NCBI GenBank assembly: GCA_027604505.1
Contig: JADIIX010000086.1
Location: 62,001-97,311, forward strand
DNA: 35,311 bases
Direction of reading: 5' to 3'
Source of the DNA: Gonapodya sp. JEL0774
Taxonomy: Eukaryota
Part shown: positions 1 to 10,667 of the stretch, piece by piece
Layout of the letters: the number at the start of each line of letters is the position of its first letter
Position numbering within the stretch: the first letter of the stretch is position 1
The notes under the pieces: model-generated
The model's database searches: none
What the model saw: only the letters and a program-made list of their open reading frames with translations
What the model was told of the DNA's origin: nothing
Translations under genes and position numbers: made by a program

Positions 1-54
1 TATTCAAGTTTTAATTGTTGTATCAGCAACGAAGTACAATACCATCTCCGTTTC

Positions 55-2366
55 TCATAGCGACGCCTTCGCGCTGTGCACCTCCGCAGGCTGGATCGCC
101 AAAACACCTGCATCGCTATTCGCAAATCTCCCCTTCGGGTCATACGCGCGCTTCAGCTGAATTAACCGCTCCGCATTCACACCGAAAAAGTCGCTGCTTT
201 GGTCCTCCCCGACTTTCGCCCCATGCCCGATCCGGTTCGCAAACTGGCCTTGCGCGAACTTCAGCACGCGAGCGCCAGTCTCCGCAACCCACGGTTGAAG
301 CAAGCGCAGCTGGTCTGCTGTGGTCCCGGATCCTAAGATAGTGACCCAAAATCCCTGTTTCAGTCGCCACGGGAACGCAGTATCGGTCGGTGCCTGTGCA
401 TATGGGAGCATCACATCAGAGAGCAGGCACACATTTGTGAACACCACGCGACGACACTACCAAGCAAACAGAACCCTAAAATGGCTCATTAAATCTCACC
501 TTTTCGCCAATCTTGCCACCGATCGGAAACGTCGCGATAAACGTCCCCGGAGCAGGTGACCGCTCAAACTGCTCCACGAGCACATCAATGAGTTCGTCTG
601 ACAACTCTTCTACAAACACAGCTTGTTCTGTTTGAACATGGCGAAGTCAACACATCAATTAGAGATAAATGCTTGCCCCAATCCCTCACTCGGGCGTGAC
701 GCAATCACGAACGCACCTGCTCTGTACGATGGCGGGATATGTGGCATCAACATGCTTTGCAATCGCATGTACGGAATATCTCCGACCTGGTCCACGAATG
801 GATTAGGAGCCGCTGTCAAATGATTGTGGGGTTGTTACAGCTCTGCACTTTCCAGGGTTTGCCCGCTAACAAAGGTCCGCCAAAGAGACTGGGCCGCTAC
901 ACATACCGTCAATGACATCTTTAAGAACTTTCTTCGCCTCATCCTGGCTCACGCCCAAATATATTGGTAGAATCTGCGTGAATTTGCGCCGCTCCCCAGT
1001 CTTTTGATTTGGCGGTCTTCAACAATCCCAAGCGCAGGAACAATATCCATCACACCAATGAATCTGGTCAGCCAACAAACTAAAATAGAACCACAAACAG
1101 CCTCCTTTTGTACTCACCCCCAACTCAACTCCGCCATAGTACAGCTAGTCCGCGGTGCAGCTTTGATGTGTTCCCGGACGGCCACGATACATTCCCGTGC
1201 GCGGTCGATGGGGTAGAGTCGTGCACCGGCGCGGCAGACGGGGATCGGGTACAGGCGAATCGTAAACTGTAATGCGGTATTGGCGGGAATTCACCAATGA
1301 GAAATCAAGACAGCGGAGGGTTTTGTTTTGTTTGCTTTTATTGCCTTTTCGACCTACGGCGATCAGGGACTCACCCGAGACACAACTCCGAAACTTGCGC
1401 CAGCACCCCGTATCGCCCAGAACAAGTCCCTGTACTTGTTCCCCGGTTCATCGTTCGCTACTGCCACTGTTCCATCCGCCAGAATCACCTCTACCTCGAG
1501 TACGTTGTCCACTGCCATACCGTACTGTCGCGCGAGCCAGCCCCACCCGCCACCAGTGAGAAACCCGCCGACGCCTGTGCGAGGGTCAGACTGTTGGGGG
1601 GTTGCAATTCCGTGGCAAGGTCACGGCACTACTCATGCGACAAAGGCGGGGAACACTCACCCCTGCCGTGGTGCACAGTCCGTGCAACGAGGTTTCCCCG
1701 TCCAGGTCCATCAATTTGCACCCACCCTGTACGTGCGCGATTCTTTTTTCCTTCTCAACAACAACACCACGCATGAGGCGGAGATCCACGCAGAGAACGT
1801 TGTCCTTGAAACACCGCATGGTGTGGCGTCCTGGGAATCCGTGGCGGTTGAGGTCTGTAGGGAGGATACGCGTCACGTGGTCTCACAGCGGTTCCTTACC
1901 TCCAGAGACTGTGAACTCCGTGTTGGTCTCATTGCAAATACGGATTATTTCTGAGATGTCTTTGGTTCCAAGAGGTTGGACCAGAGCAGAAGGGCGTTGA
2001 GTCTGTGGAGCGATTGTGGGGCAAGAGACATGAGCGATGAGATGGCAGAAGACAGGATTGGTGCGTTCGTCCGGAGATCCCGAGTTGTTTTCGATGTTGG
2101 AGAATTGGATTGAACGGTATGTGAATCCGCGAAGCCGATCCAAGCCGAACAGTCCCTCAATCCCGCATTCTCATTCCATCCCAGCGAAGATTGGCAAAAT
2201 ATCCTTGAAAACATCGCCCCAATGAATTCACCTGTGCTCTGTTGAACGTTCCATCCACGAGCAAGAAGTCATACTGTGGATCCGTCGGCACGACAATCGT
2301 GCCACGAATTCGATTCCGAATACGCTCCAAAACAGATTTGCGTGCTTCTTGTGCGATTGCAGACAT
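55..2366 (-). CDS. Multi-exon FAD-linked oxidoreductase (FAD_binding_4 plus berberine bridge enzyme C-terminal domain)
   Basis: Spliced exons (2366-2232, 2002-1900, 1830-1661, then further exons) give RPSALVQP..., VSGGRH (FAD-attachment His position), GVGGFLTGGGWGWLARQYGMAVDNVLEVEVILADG, DLFWAIRGAGASFGVV and a C-terminal BBE motif FFGVNAERLIQLKRAYDP. The introns traced are GT-AG. Middle exon boundaries were not all resolved. Confidence 0.9.
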
Positions 2367-2535
2367 GATTGATGGTGCTTGGATAACGATTTTGGTCGCC
2401 TGGTTATTAGTGGAGCGTGGGAGATTTTGTTTCAGCCGGGATGAGGTAAAACGGCGCTTCCGAACACCGTTCGAACATGTGATGATGAAATCCTGAGGAC
2501 ATGTTTGTAAACAGAACCATCACAAACCACGCGCT

Positions 2536-2930
2536 CGAAGGGAGCGATAGAGGACCTATTAAGTTATGTATCTCATTGAGTGCATGGTTTGTGCTAGAAA
2601 CTACGTAGGATGGTAAGAAGCTGTATTATCGAGAGTCGCCCGATGCGATTTGAAGAATGATGATGTTGCGGTCTGCTTCAAGCCATTCTCCTCTTCACGT
2701 GTATTCGGATGAAAATAATATACAACAGTTTACCAGGCAATTTACGGACGATCATTCTAATGCACATCCCGTAACTTTTGCAATTCAGCAAGTAGCGAAA
2801 CGACTTGAAGCAGAGGAGTCACTCTGGACAGTACCCAAGCCAAAGCGTTCAATCTCGTAACAAGCGTTGCAATGTTGGTATTGTAAGCAACAAGTCGAGC
2901 CGCCCAACTTGGAGTGACACCCTCAAAATT
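2536..2930. repeat. ~395-bp dispersed direct repeat, copy 1 (copy 2 at 23034-23435)
   Basis: Aligns by eye with 23034-23435, with long identical runs such as cagcaagtagcgaaacgacttgaagcagaggagtcactctggacagtacccaagccaaagcgttcaatct, plus scattered substitutions and small indels. Confidence 0.95.
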
Positions 2931-4894
2931 GCCACAGATGATAATTAATGCCCAACGGTGAACTTACAGAAGAATCTGCCACTTGAGTTGCGTTGAGGGA
3001 GTGTTGACCGTTGTCCGTGGGTGCAATGTGATGGCACCATAACCGCGAGATACCAGCCAGTACGAAACTTCGTTCGCTTCTTTTCAACAACTTTGAGAAG
3101 GCACTTACTATGCAGTTTGCAGCAGCACAATGAAACTTCTGGGGATTTGTAAAGACGGAAGAAAACAAAAACGGTCAGTTCACGAATGTGGACACTTTCT
3201 AGCACACGAGCATAGCAACGGCAAAGAACAGTTGGTCAAAAATATATAGGCAATCATTGATGTCCGCACGGTTTGCTCGGAACAGGTCTGTAATGGAGTT
3301 CTCATCATCCCAACGTTGTCGATCGCAGATGTACAAACACGATGCGTGTGCTTCACTCTCGCGATGTCTCGCGCTCGCTAGAAACTCACTTTGTCCAGAC
3401 GATTAGAACTCTCTATGCTTTAAATTGGACTGGCGCCTGAATGCCGGAGGAGATTGGGATGTCCGAACACTTTTTCTCTGGATCGAGAACGGTAACTGAT
3501 AGGCCTTCGAATGTCAGCAGTTCTCCTACCATTGGGCGATTGCCAATGATAGAGCCGACCGAGAAATCGGATACTCAGTGAAACGATTGGTCATCGGAAA
3601 TCCACAAAGAAAACGAGTGAACTTTCGATGTCAAACGAAGTGTCCGAAGCGGAAGGCGTGCCCTTGCGCGCACACAAAACATACAATGCTGGACACAACT
3701 TTATTGGGGGGGATCTGAGCCTTCGATATTTGGATTCGGGTTGTTGAATGAGTTCTGGATGCAATTGGATCAGATGTGATGTGTTGAGAGGCTCCCCCAC
3801 TTTCTCTTTCCCAGAAGCGTGCGACAGGTTAGGGTCACTACACATTGTCGATGGAACTCTCTTTGCCATATATTCGTGCTGTGCGTTAGTTCGATCATGC
3901 ATTGGTCGCCGGAGGACTACCGTCACTCCATCACACCCAGTGTCCCTGCCAGCAATTCCGCTCGGCCCAACTTTCTTGCGAACTGAAGTCCACCTTCGCA
4001 TAGTATTTTACCGAGGTGCGACAACCTCCGATTTCATTGCATGGGCCATGCAGAAGGGATTATCTCAACACTGCACCACTGTGCTAGGGTACCGTCGGCA
4101 ACACATTCGTTGGATGCTCCGGGATGATGGTAAGAGCAAAAGCTTCAAGTTTTTTTTTGTCCTCCCACTCTGACTTTTCGGGATTTAGTTGATCACTACC
4201 ATGCGAATGCAGGCTTCCGAATCGCAGCTCTGATGTATTCTGCACTCATTGGAAAACTGTGAGAAGGAGAAGGTATCAGGACACTCCCGACCAACACAGT
4301 GCAGAGTATGATTTCGTCTATTTCGATAGGGGAGGTCTGTGTCGAGAGACTGAAGAGACTAAAGAGACCGCACGTTCACGGAACTTGTAATGCGCTGGTG
4401 GAATTCAACGGCGAACGCGGAAGGAGCAAAGCTATGTGCTCCGTGTAGGCTTCATTGTTGATTTGTGTTTTTTTTTTTGCTCCATTGAACGTTTTTGAAC
4501 TTCTCCCCGCGAACTTGGAGTAACCCAGTCGCGACAACGAACGAGACGAAACGGAGGGTATTAATGCGATGAAAGCGGTGGATCGCGCTCGACGAAGTGG
4601 GAAAAGGGGGATCGGCAGGGAAAGTGAGAGGTTGGGAAGACAGGGGACACGACAGAGCTCCCAGAAGGGCCGAAATGGTGCGCTTCATTCAATATAAATA
4701 TCCCGAGATTCAGATCGTTCGTAAAGTTGTAGATTGCTGAGAAGCGAGATTCGGCAGAATCGACAGGAATGGCCAAGGATGTTGGAGAGGGACTGTTAGC
4801 GGAAAATATAGTACGTTGATGACTTTGAGGGTGCTAGCGACTGGAAGATACTGTCGCGATTCGATTGCACGGCATTCTGAAAACGCCTGGCTCA

Positions 4895-4914
4895 TTGCGC
4901 GATATATCGCGCAA
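4895..4914. promoter_or_regulatory. Perfect 20-bp palindrome TTGCGCGATATATCGCGCAA, ~40 bp upstream of the GFA ATG
   Basis: The sequence equals its own reverse complement. A regulatory role is inferred from position only. Confidence 0.45.
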
Positions 4915-4953
4915 CAACAGGCGAATATTTGACAGCCTTCTCGACGTTACACA

Positions 4954-5412
4954 ATGACATCGTCAAACAACAACCCGGAAGCTCCAAGTACGGTGCACAC
5001 AGCGCATTGCTCCTGTAGACAGTTGACCATCACCGTGAATGGGGAACTGGCTGTCGGAATCTGTCACTGCTTCGAGTGCCAGCGAAGATCGGGATCTCTG
5101 TTCGCGGCCATGGCGAGCTTCAAACCGCCTGTCGTGGTTACTGGAGAGGCGACCGAGTATCGGCGAAAGGGAGATGCCGGAGCCTCGTTTTGTTATCGGT
5201 TCTGCCCGAAGTGTGGGACGACTGTGTATCATACAGTAGAGGGATTCGATTGGGTTTCCGTTGCAGTGGGAGCTTTTCCGGATGGCACACTTGTTCCTGC
5301 TCCTCGTGTGTCATTCTACGACTCCAGACGGCATCCGTGGGTCACGGTTCCGAACACATGTCAAGTGTTCGAGAATGGTCCACCGAAAGATTGGCGTCCA
5401 CGAAAGGATTAA
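4954..5412 (+). CDS. GFA / CENP-V family protein (glutathione-dependent formaldehyde-activating enzyme-like), intronless
   Basis: Zn-binding Cys pattern CSC...CHCFECQRRSG...RFCPKCGTTV, plus VAVGAF and a C-terminal RRHPWV, all typical of the GFA family. Confidence 0.9.
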   Translation: MTSSNNNPEAPSTVHTAHCSCRQLTITVNGELAVGICHCFECQRRSGSLFAAMASFKPPVVVTGEATEYRRKGDAGASFCYRFCPKCGTTVYHTVEGFDWVSVAVGAFPDGTLVPAPRVSFYDSRRHPWVTVPNTCQVFENGPPKDWRPRKD

Positions 5413-6199
5413 TTGAATTACCTTCACTCTTTGAAGCGTAAAGATGAAGTACCGGACATCATTTGAAGTTAGTTATGAGCCAGGGCATAATATGTAATAC
5501 ATGGATGGACGTTGTAGGGAGGTGCTGGAGTAAAAGAATCATCCACTCCCCGAATCAGAAGTGTCCTAAATGATGCTGTGGCCCACCGCACTTCACCAGA
5601 CCCCATCCACCCCACAGATGTCCTCCCGTAAACCCAACGTCGAAGCCGGTGATGCTATGATCCAGGCCGTTGTGGAGGATCGGACGCTGGACACTTCTCG
5701 TTCAGGTCCTGCGACAGGGGTAATCCAAACGCGGGCCGAAGAGACTCAAACCGGAATGGACGTTTCCAGAGTTAGTAAAACAAAACAGGGGAGATTTTCT
5801 TTACATAAGCGATGAAGATGTGACAGTTTTCGACGAGTTCCCTGAGTGATTGACCTCGCTCTTGTATACTTATACTTATGTATTGCCAACTTTGGTGGAG
5901 GACAATGTATCCCATCAAGCCTCCACCCTTCAAGCTCCTCAGTAACTAACAGTAACTGAGTTGCCGTGATCGGAAGAGTGTGGCGTAAGAAGCGCACCTC
6001 ACAAAATAATGGCAGCCCAAAGGAGATCATCAGCACTAAACTACGCTAGAAAAAATCTCCCAAATCCGGCCCAGTCTAGGTTGGCGACCTGCACGAGACA
6101 CCTCTCACCCAATGTGCCTCGCTGGGGCTCTCGCACAAACCACCCAGGAAGGGTGTGTGCAGTGGGTCACTTTGCAAAACACAGGAGTGGAGAATCGAG

Positions 6200-9100
6200 A
6201 ACAAAAACAATATCATGCTTTGCAAAGAATAAGCAGAACATAGATCTGACTCACCAGTGGTTGAGCAGATCCATGGTGTCAGGCACCTCCTCCTTCATCT
6301 GCCCCTTGCCCCGTTTGTCTTTTCTTGCCACGCCCACCCAAACTCCTTGGAGATTGCCTCGGCGGGGGGTTGTCCCAAGACCTGTTGCAGGAAGATCAGA
6401 ATGTAGAGAACCACGATGTGTCAGAGTCGTAGGACCCCTTTGCTCCTGAGTCACAGGTTGTCTGGTGGATTCAGAAGCTGATCACATAAAATTGAAGGTG
6501 TTGCATTGCTGACTGATCAATAGAGAATCGTAGATGAAAAGGCGAAAATAAGACCCACCTCCAGCAGGTATTCTAACATCTGGATCTGTTTGGGAGCTGC
6601 TGGATAAACCTCTCTTCAGCAGTTTGGAAGCTCTACTAATGCTGGTTTGCTGGTTGCGGGACGTTGTTCTACCACCAGTCTGCCCTCTTGATCCATCACT
6701 GTGATTGCCTCACTTCCCACTCCCACTTCGACCTCCTCTGCCTGCACCACCTCCCCTGTCATCATCATTCCCATCACTCTGAGCATCCCCACCGTCACCT
6801 CCATTGTCGTCATTGTGATTGCTGTCTTCCTCCTCACCACTCTCGTGGACTCTGCCTCCCGCAGCTGCTGCTGTCACAGCATTCTCTCGCTGTAGTTCCT
6901 CTGTCACAGCTTCATCCCACTTGGCCCTATCTGGTTGAAAGTAAGCAGTGGAGTGGTTCCAACTTGCTCTAGCACCGTTGTTGACTTTTGGGACCCCACG
7001 ACCACCACATACTTGACTCTGCACCACTAAAGTCATCAAGATACGCAGTGTGCCTCTATCTCTCCTCGGTGATTTTCAGTTCCATCATCCTCAGCGCATT
7101 CCTCACCTCCGATTTCCGAACTGTCTCATCATGTGGGGCAGGCATGGTGCTCCTGTTGGTGGGGTCCACTGATGCTGTGTCACTGCGTTGGAACAAAGGA
7201 TATCGCTGACCAATCACCCCAGCAAGAAACAATATGTACAAAGTGCAACAAAAAGAAAGGAACAAAGACGATATAAGCACATGCCATACAGAATGGCACC
7301 ACACCTTGAAAGAGTCAATGAATGGGGTACTTGCCGATATTGGTCCCCACAATTTCAATGTTTGGATTGTCAGGGAAACATTCACAAAGGAGGATTCCCA
7401 GCCTACTTGCATCGAACACTTGTCTGATCAAGGTCTGACGGTCAGATACAACCTTGTACCTTCCAGTGGTTTGATTACAATTCTGGATTTTGTCTGTGGA
7501 GGCTATGTAGGCTGCATGGCAAAAGGCACAAAAAAGAAACTTTTAACGTTCTTGGAATGTCTTCCACTTTCACATTGGTAGATTTCCACCTGCAATCGAC
7601 ACTCACCTGCTCAAAAAGCATCAGGGTAAGGCTTCTTGGTGCCTGTGTGGACTTCATATGTGACATGAGTGCCATAAGGGACCACACATCCCAAAGAGCA
7701 GTCAGGAAGGGAGGGGGTGTTGTAGCAACTAACTTGCATGCTTACAAGTGTGGTTCATTGAGCAAATTTGACAACATGTATGTTGGTCCCCTTGCCACAC
7801 AACGGAATTAAGACATGGTCTGATATTCATGTAGATAATCTCTAGAATGTATGCAGAATGTGGAAAGGGCCAGACCTGATAGCCTCTGTTGGGGTGACCT
7901 CAAATAACCCTTTGCCAAATTTTGTCTGTGCAGGGGAGGAATGGAGGTTATTGTAGTGCCCTTGTTGCCCAAAAATGAGATTCATTTCACCATTGGAGTG
8001 ATCTAGATTTGCTGGACTCTTGTCATACCACACAGAACAGATACGGTTTACTTATCTGTCTTTGCTCTGCAGGAGTGAATGCAAGTTCAACCAAAACACA
8101 TACATGAAATAGCAACATCCTCAAAAGAAGTGAAGGTGGGAGGTGGATGTAGAGCCTGTTCATGCCCAGACTTGTGTGGTGATGAACAACATCATCAGTG
8201 CTAGGCTCCTTGTCACACAAAAAAGTAGAACACACTGTCTGATATTGTACTTTCGCTCTATGGGAATGAATGCCGATCCAACCAAATCCAACAGTGTGAA
8301 AGAGTACATGTGACTGCACATCCCAAGAAGTAGTTAAAATCAAGTGGTTGAGATGCGTGGTTCTCTGAAAGTATGAGCATTGGAAATGCTGGACTCTTTG
8401 GCAACCCAGCAATGTACAAACACTCCCTAATGTTTGTGCCTGTACTCTGTCAGAGGGTCTACTAGTCCAGCCAAAATGAAAGGTGGAACAGAGCAGATGT
8501 GACAGCACAGCCCCGAAAGAGTGAGGGATGGGAGACCATGTAATGATTGTTGCATGCTTGCAAGCAGGGTCTTCATCTGTTTTGCAACCTTGATGAGTGA
8601 TGATTTCTTTTGCCGTTTTTGGTGCCTTTGCTCAGTGAGAGTCACTGTAAGCCCCGCTAAATTGGAAAGGTGTAAACGGAACAAATTTAACAACACAATC
8701 CAAAAAGAGGTAACAAAAGAGATTTTAGTGCCTCTGGCATGCCTAGAAAGGTGGTTCCTTGATTAATCTGCACCTGAATGGTGCCAGACTCCTTGTTACA
8801 TAACAAAGTAAAAGGCACTGTCTGATTTCATGTATTTACTCTGTGGGAGTGACTGTAAGCTTAGCCAAAATTAAAAATTGGAGCTGATGTGATCACATCC
8901 AAACAAGGGCAGAAGGGTCAAGGGAACTTGTTGATGAGGGTGTTGTATTCAACAAAAGTGTGGCTCCTTGGGCAATCAGCCACAGAATGCTCGCCTCCTT
9001 GACATACCATTAAGCAAAGACTGATTCTTATGACTTTGTGCTGTGGGCATAGCTGCATACCCAGCCAAAATACAGAGTTTGAAAAGCCAATGTGACCACA

Positions 9101-10200
9101 CAACCAACAAGGGTGAGGATAGAAGGTGGTTGTGGTGCCCCTGGTATGCCCATAAGTGTAGTTACGTGTTCACGCTGGACTCTTTAACCATAAGTTCTTT
9201 GCCTTCTCTGTGTGGTAGTGACTGCATGTCCAGCCAAAAGTGGAAGATGAACCAATCTGACAGAGCCAAACATAATGATGCAACTGTTACACACACCGAG
9301 ATTGTGGGCAGGGAAAGAGAGGTGTGAGGTAGCATGTCAGTGCCATGATCCTAGCTGGACAAGTGTTCTATTCACATATACATCAACCCAACAACTGTGC
9401 TAGACATGTGTCAACTGCAAAGACACAACACAAGTTCCAATAGTGTCTGTGGAGTTCTGCGTGAGCAGGTGCTAGCCAAAAGCAAAAGGATGCGGATATG
9501 GGAACAAGGAGACACAAGCTGGTTGAAACAAGTGCACAAGGGACAGGAGGATGGGCAGTTGTGGACAAGAGGGGCATGGGGTACCAGTTGTTGTGTTTTC
9601 TCAACTGTCAGGTCTCATTAATCAGTGAAGTTCCACAAAGTATTTGGCTAGGTGGTAACTAACACGCCTTAACAAGGGGTTGCTGCCTTTCCAAGTGTCT
9701 GGCCACAAAGAAAATGGAAACAACAGGACACAGACTGACAAAAAAAACATTTGGAGCAATGTATGGAGAATACAGGCTAGATGACAGACTTGGGGGGGCC
9801 AAATGGGACCTTCAAAGTTGAGCTAGCTGCCGTGATGGAAAGGGTAGAGTGTGGGCAAGGCCTCTTGATGTGTCAGGAAGACAAGCACCTTGTAAAGTAT
9901 CCCACTTCAGAAATGCCTGATGTCACCACCACCAGGCAAAGGTTTGAGATGAGAGATCTGGCAAAAGGGAGAAGCAACTCTCTGTGCTTTCCAGTGATAT
10001 CAAGGAAGAGGCAAGAGGTATGGTCATAGACAACAAGAAGCACGTACAAAATGGTGGTGTGAGGTGGTTTACAATGTTATATGTGCGTGAGCCAGGGGAG
10101 ATGGATCCCCAGCCCCATGAAGAGAAAGACATGTTGACAACAACTATGAGCACGAGACAAATTGGGAGACATGCGAGGGCGGGCATGTCTGGGAAGCAGT
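6200..10200 (-). mobile_element. Decayed CpG-depleted element or pseudogene of unknown family
   Basis: Marked CpG scarcity and TG/CA excess relative to flanking genes; only broken ORFs; a SWIM-like CTCFNQLVSPCSHI on the minus strand at ~9495-9539. No termini found. Confidence 0.4.
7860..9400. repeat. Degenerate tandem array, period ~185-207 bp, at least 7 units
   Basis: Recurring ordered motifs tgctggactc(c)tt ... ctctgtgggagtgactg ... ccagccaaaa ... atgtgac. Units start near 8011, 8199, 8387, ~8570, 8782, 8988 and 9173. Confidence 0.7.
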
Positions 10201-10667
10201 CTCGGCTCCAAAAAAAAAAGGACAAAGGTGATCATTGGGAGCGGGGAGAAGCAGGCAGAGCAGAGGAGAACAAAAGGAAGAAAAACAGAAGAGCTTCTGC
10301 GAAATGGTAAACAAAAGAAAAGGAGATGCGGATGCGGATGCGCAGATTTCTTTCTATTGGTGGTGTGCAGGTTTGGGTTTGGTGGGTGGGTGGCACGTGT
10401 TTAGCCGGCGTCCCACTCCCATCAACCACACAGCACTTGAATTGAATTGAATCCACGCGGAGTCACAAACTCGCTCGACTACCTCGACTCAGAGTCGAAT
10501 CCAGCCATCGTCAATTTTTTTTTGTATCCTGTTCGTGGTCTGGTCTGGCAACCACCGCAGTCGCTGTTCTCTCAACCCTATCACTCGCCCCGTCCGCTCT
10601 GCTACGCTCCCAGTCACCTCCGTCACTCCGTCCGCCCACTGGGAATCCCCACTGGCTGTGGTGGAAA

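Noticed and set aside
1272..2000. Plus-strand ORFs up to 208 aa
   Set aside because: Antisense shadows of the oxidoreductase exons.
2657..2860. 67-aa ORF within the direct repeat
   Set aside because: The second copy has indels in the same stretch and the ORF track shows no equivalent ORF there; no recognisable motif.
3000..4895. Possible gene or pseudogene fragments (ORFs 3748-4173, 3591-4001, 4561-4895)
   Set aside because: No recognisable domain and no convincing spliced model could be built.
8850..8875. Minus-strand TTTTGGCTAAG resembling the 5' part of U2 snRNA, with a U2-like unit length
   Set aside because: The invariant downstream ATCAAGTGTAGTATCTG branch-pairing region is absent from every unit.
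7860..9400. CRISPR interpretation of the periodic array
   Set aside because: The period is too long, the boxes are degenerate and multiple per unit, there are no cas genes, and the context is eukaryotic.
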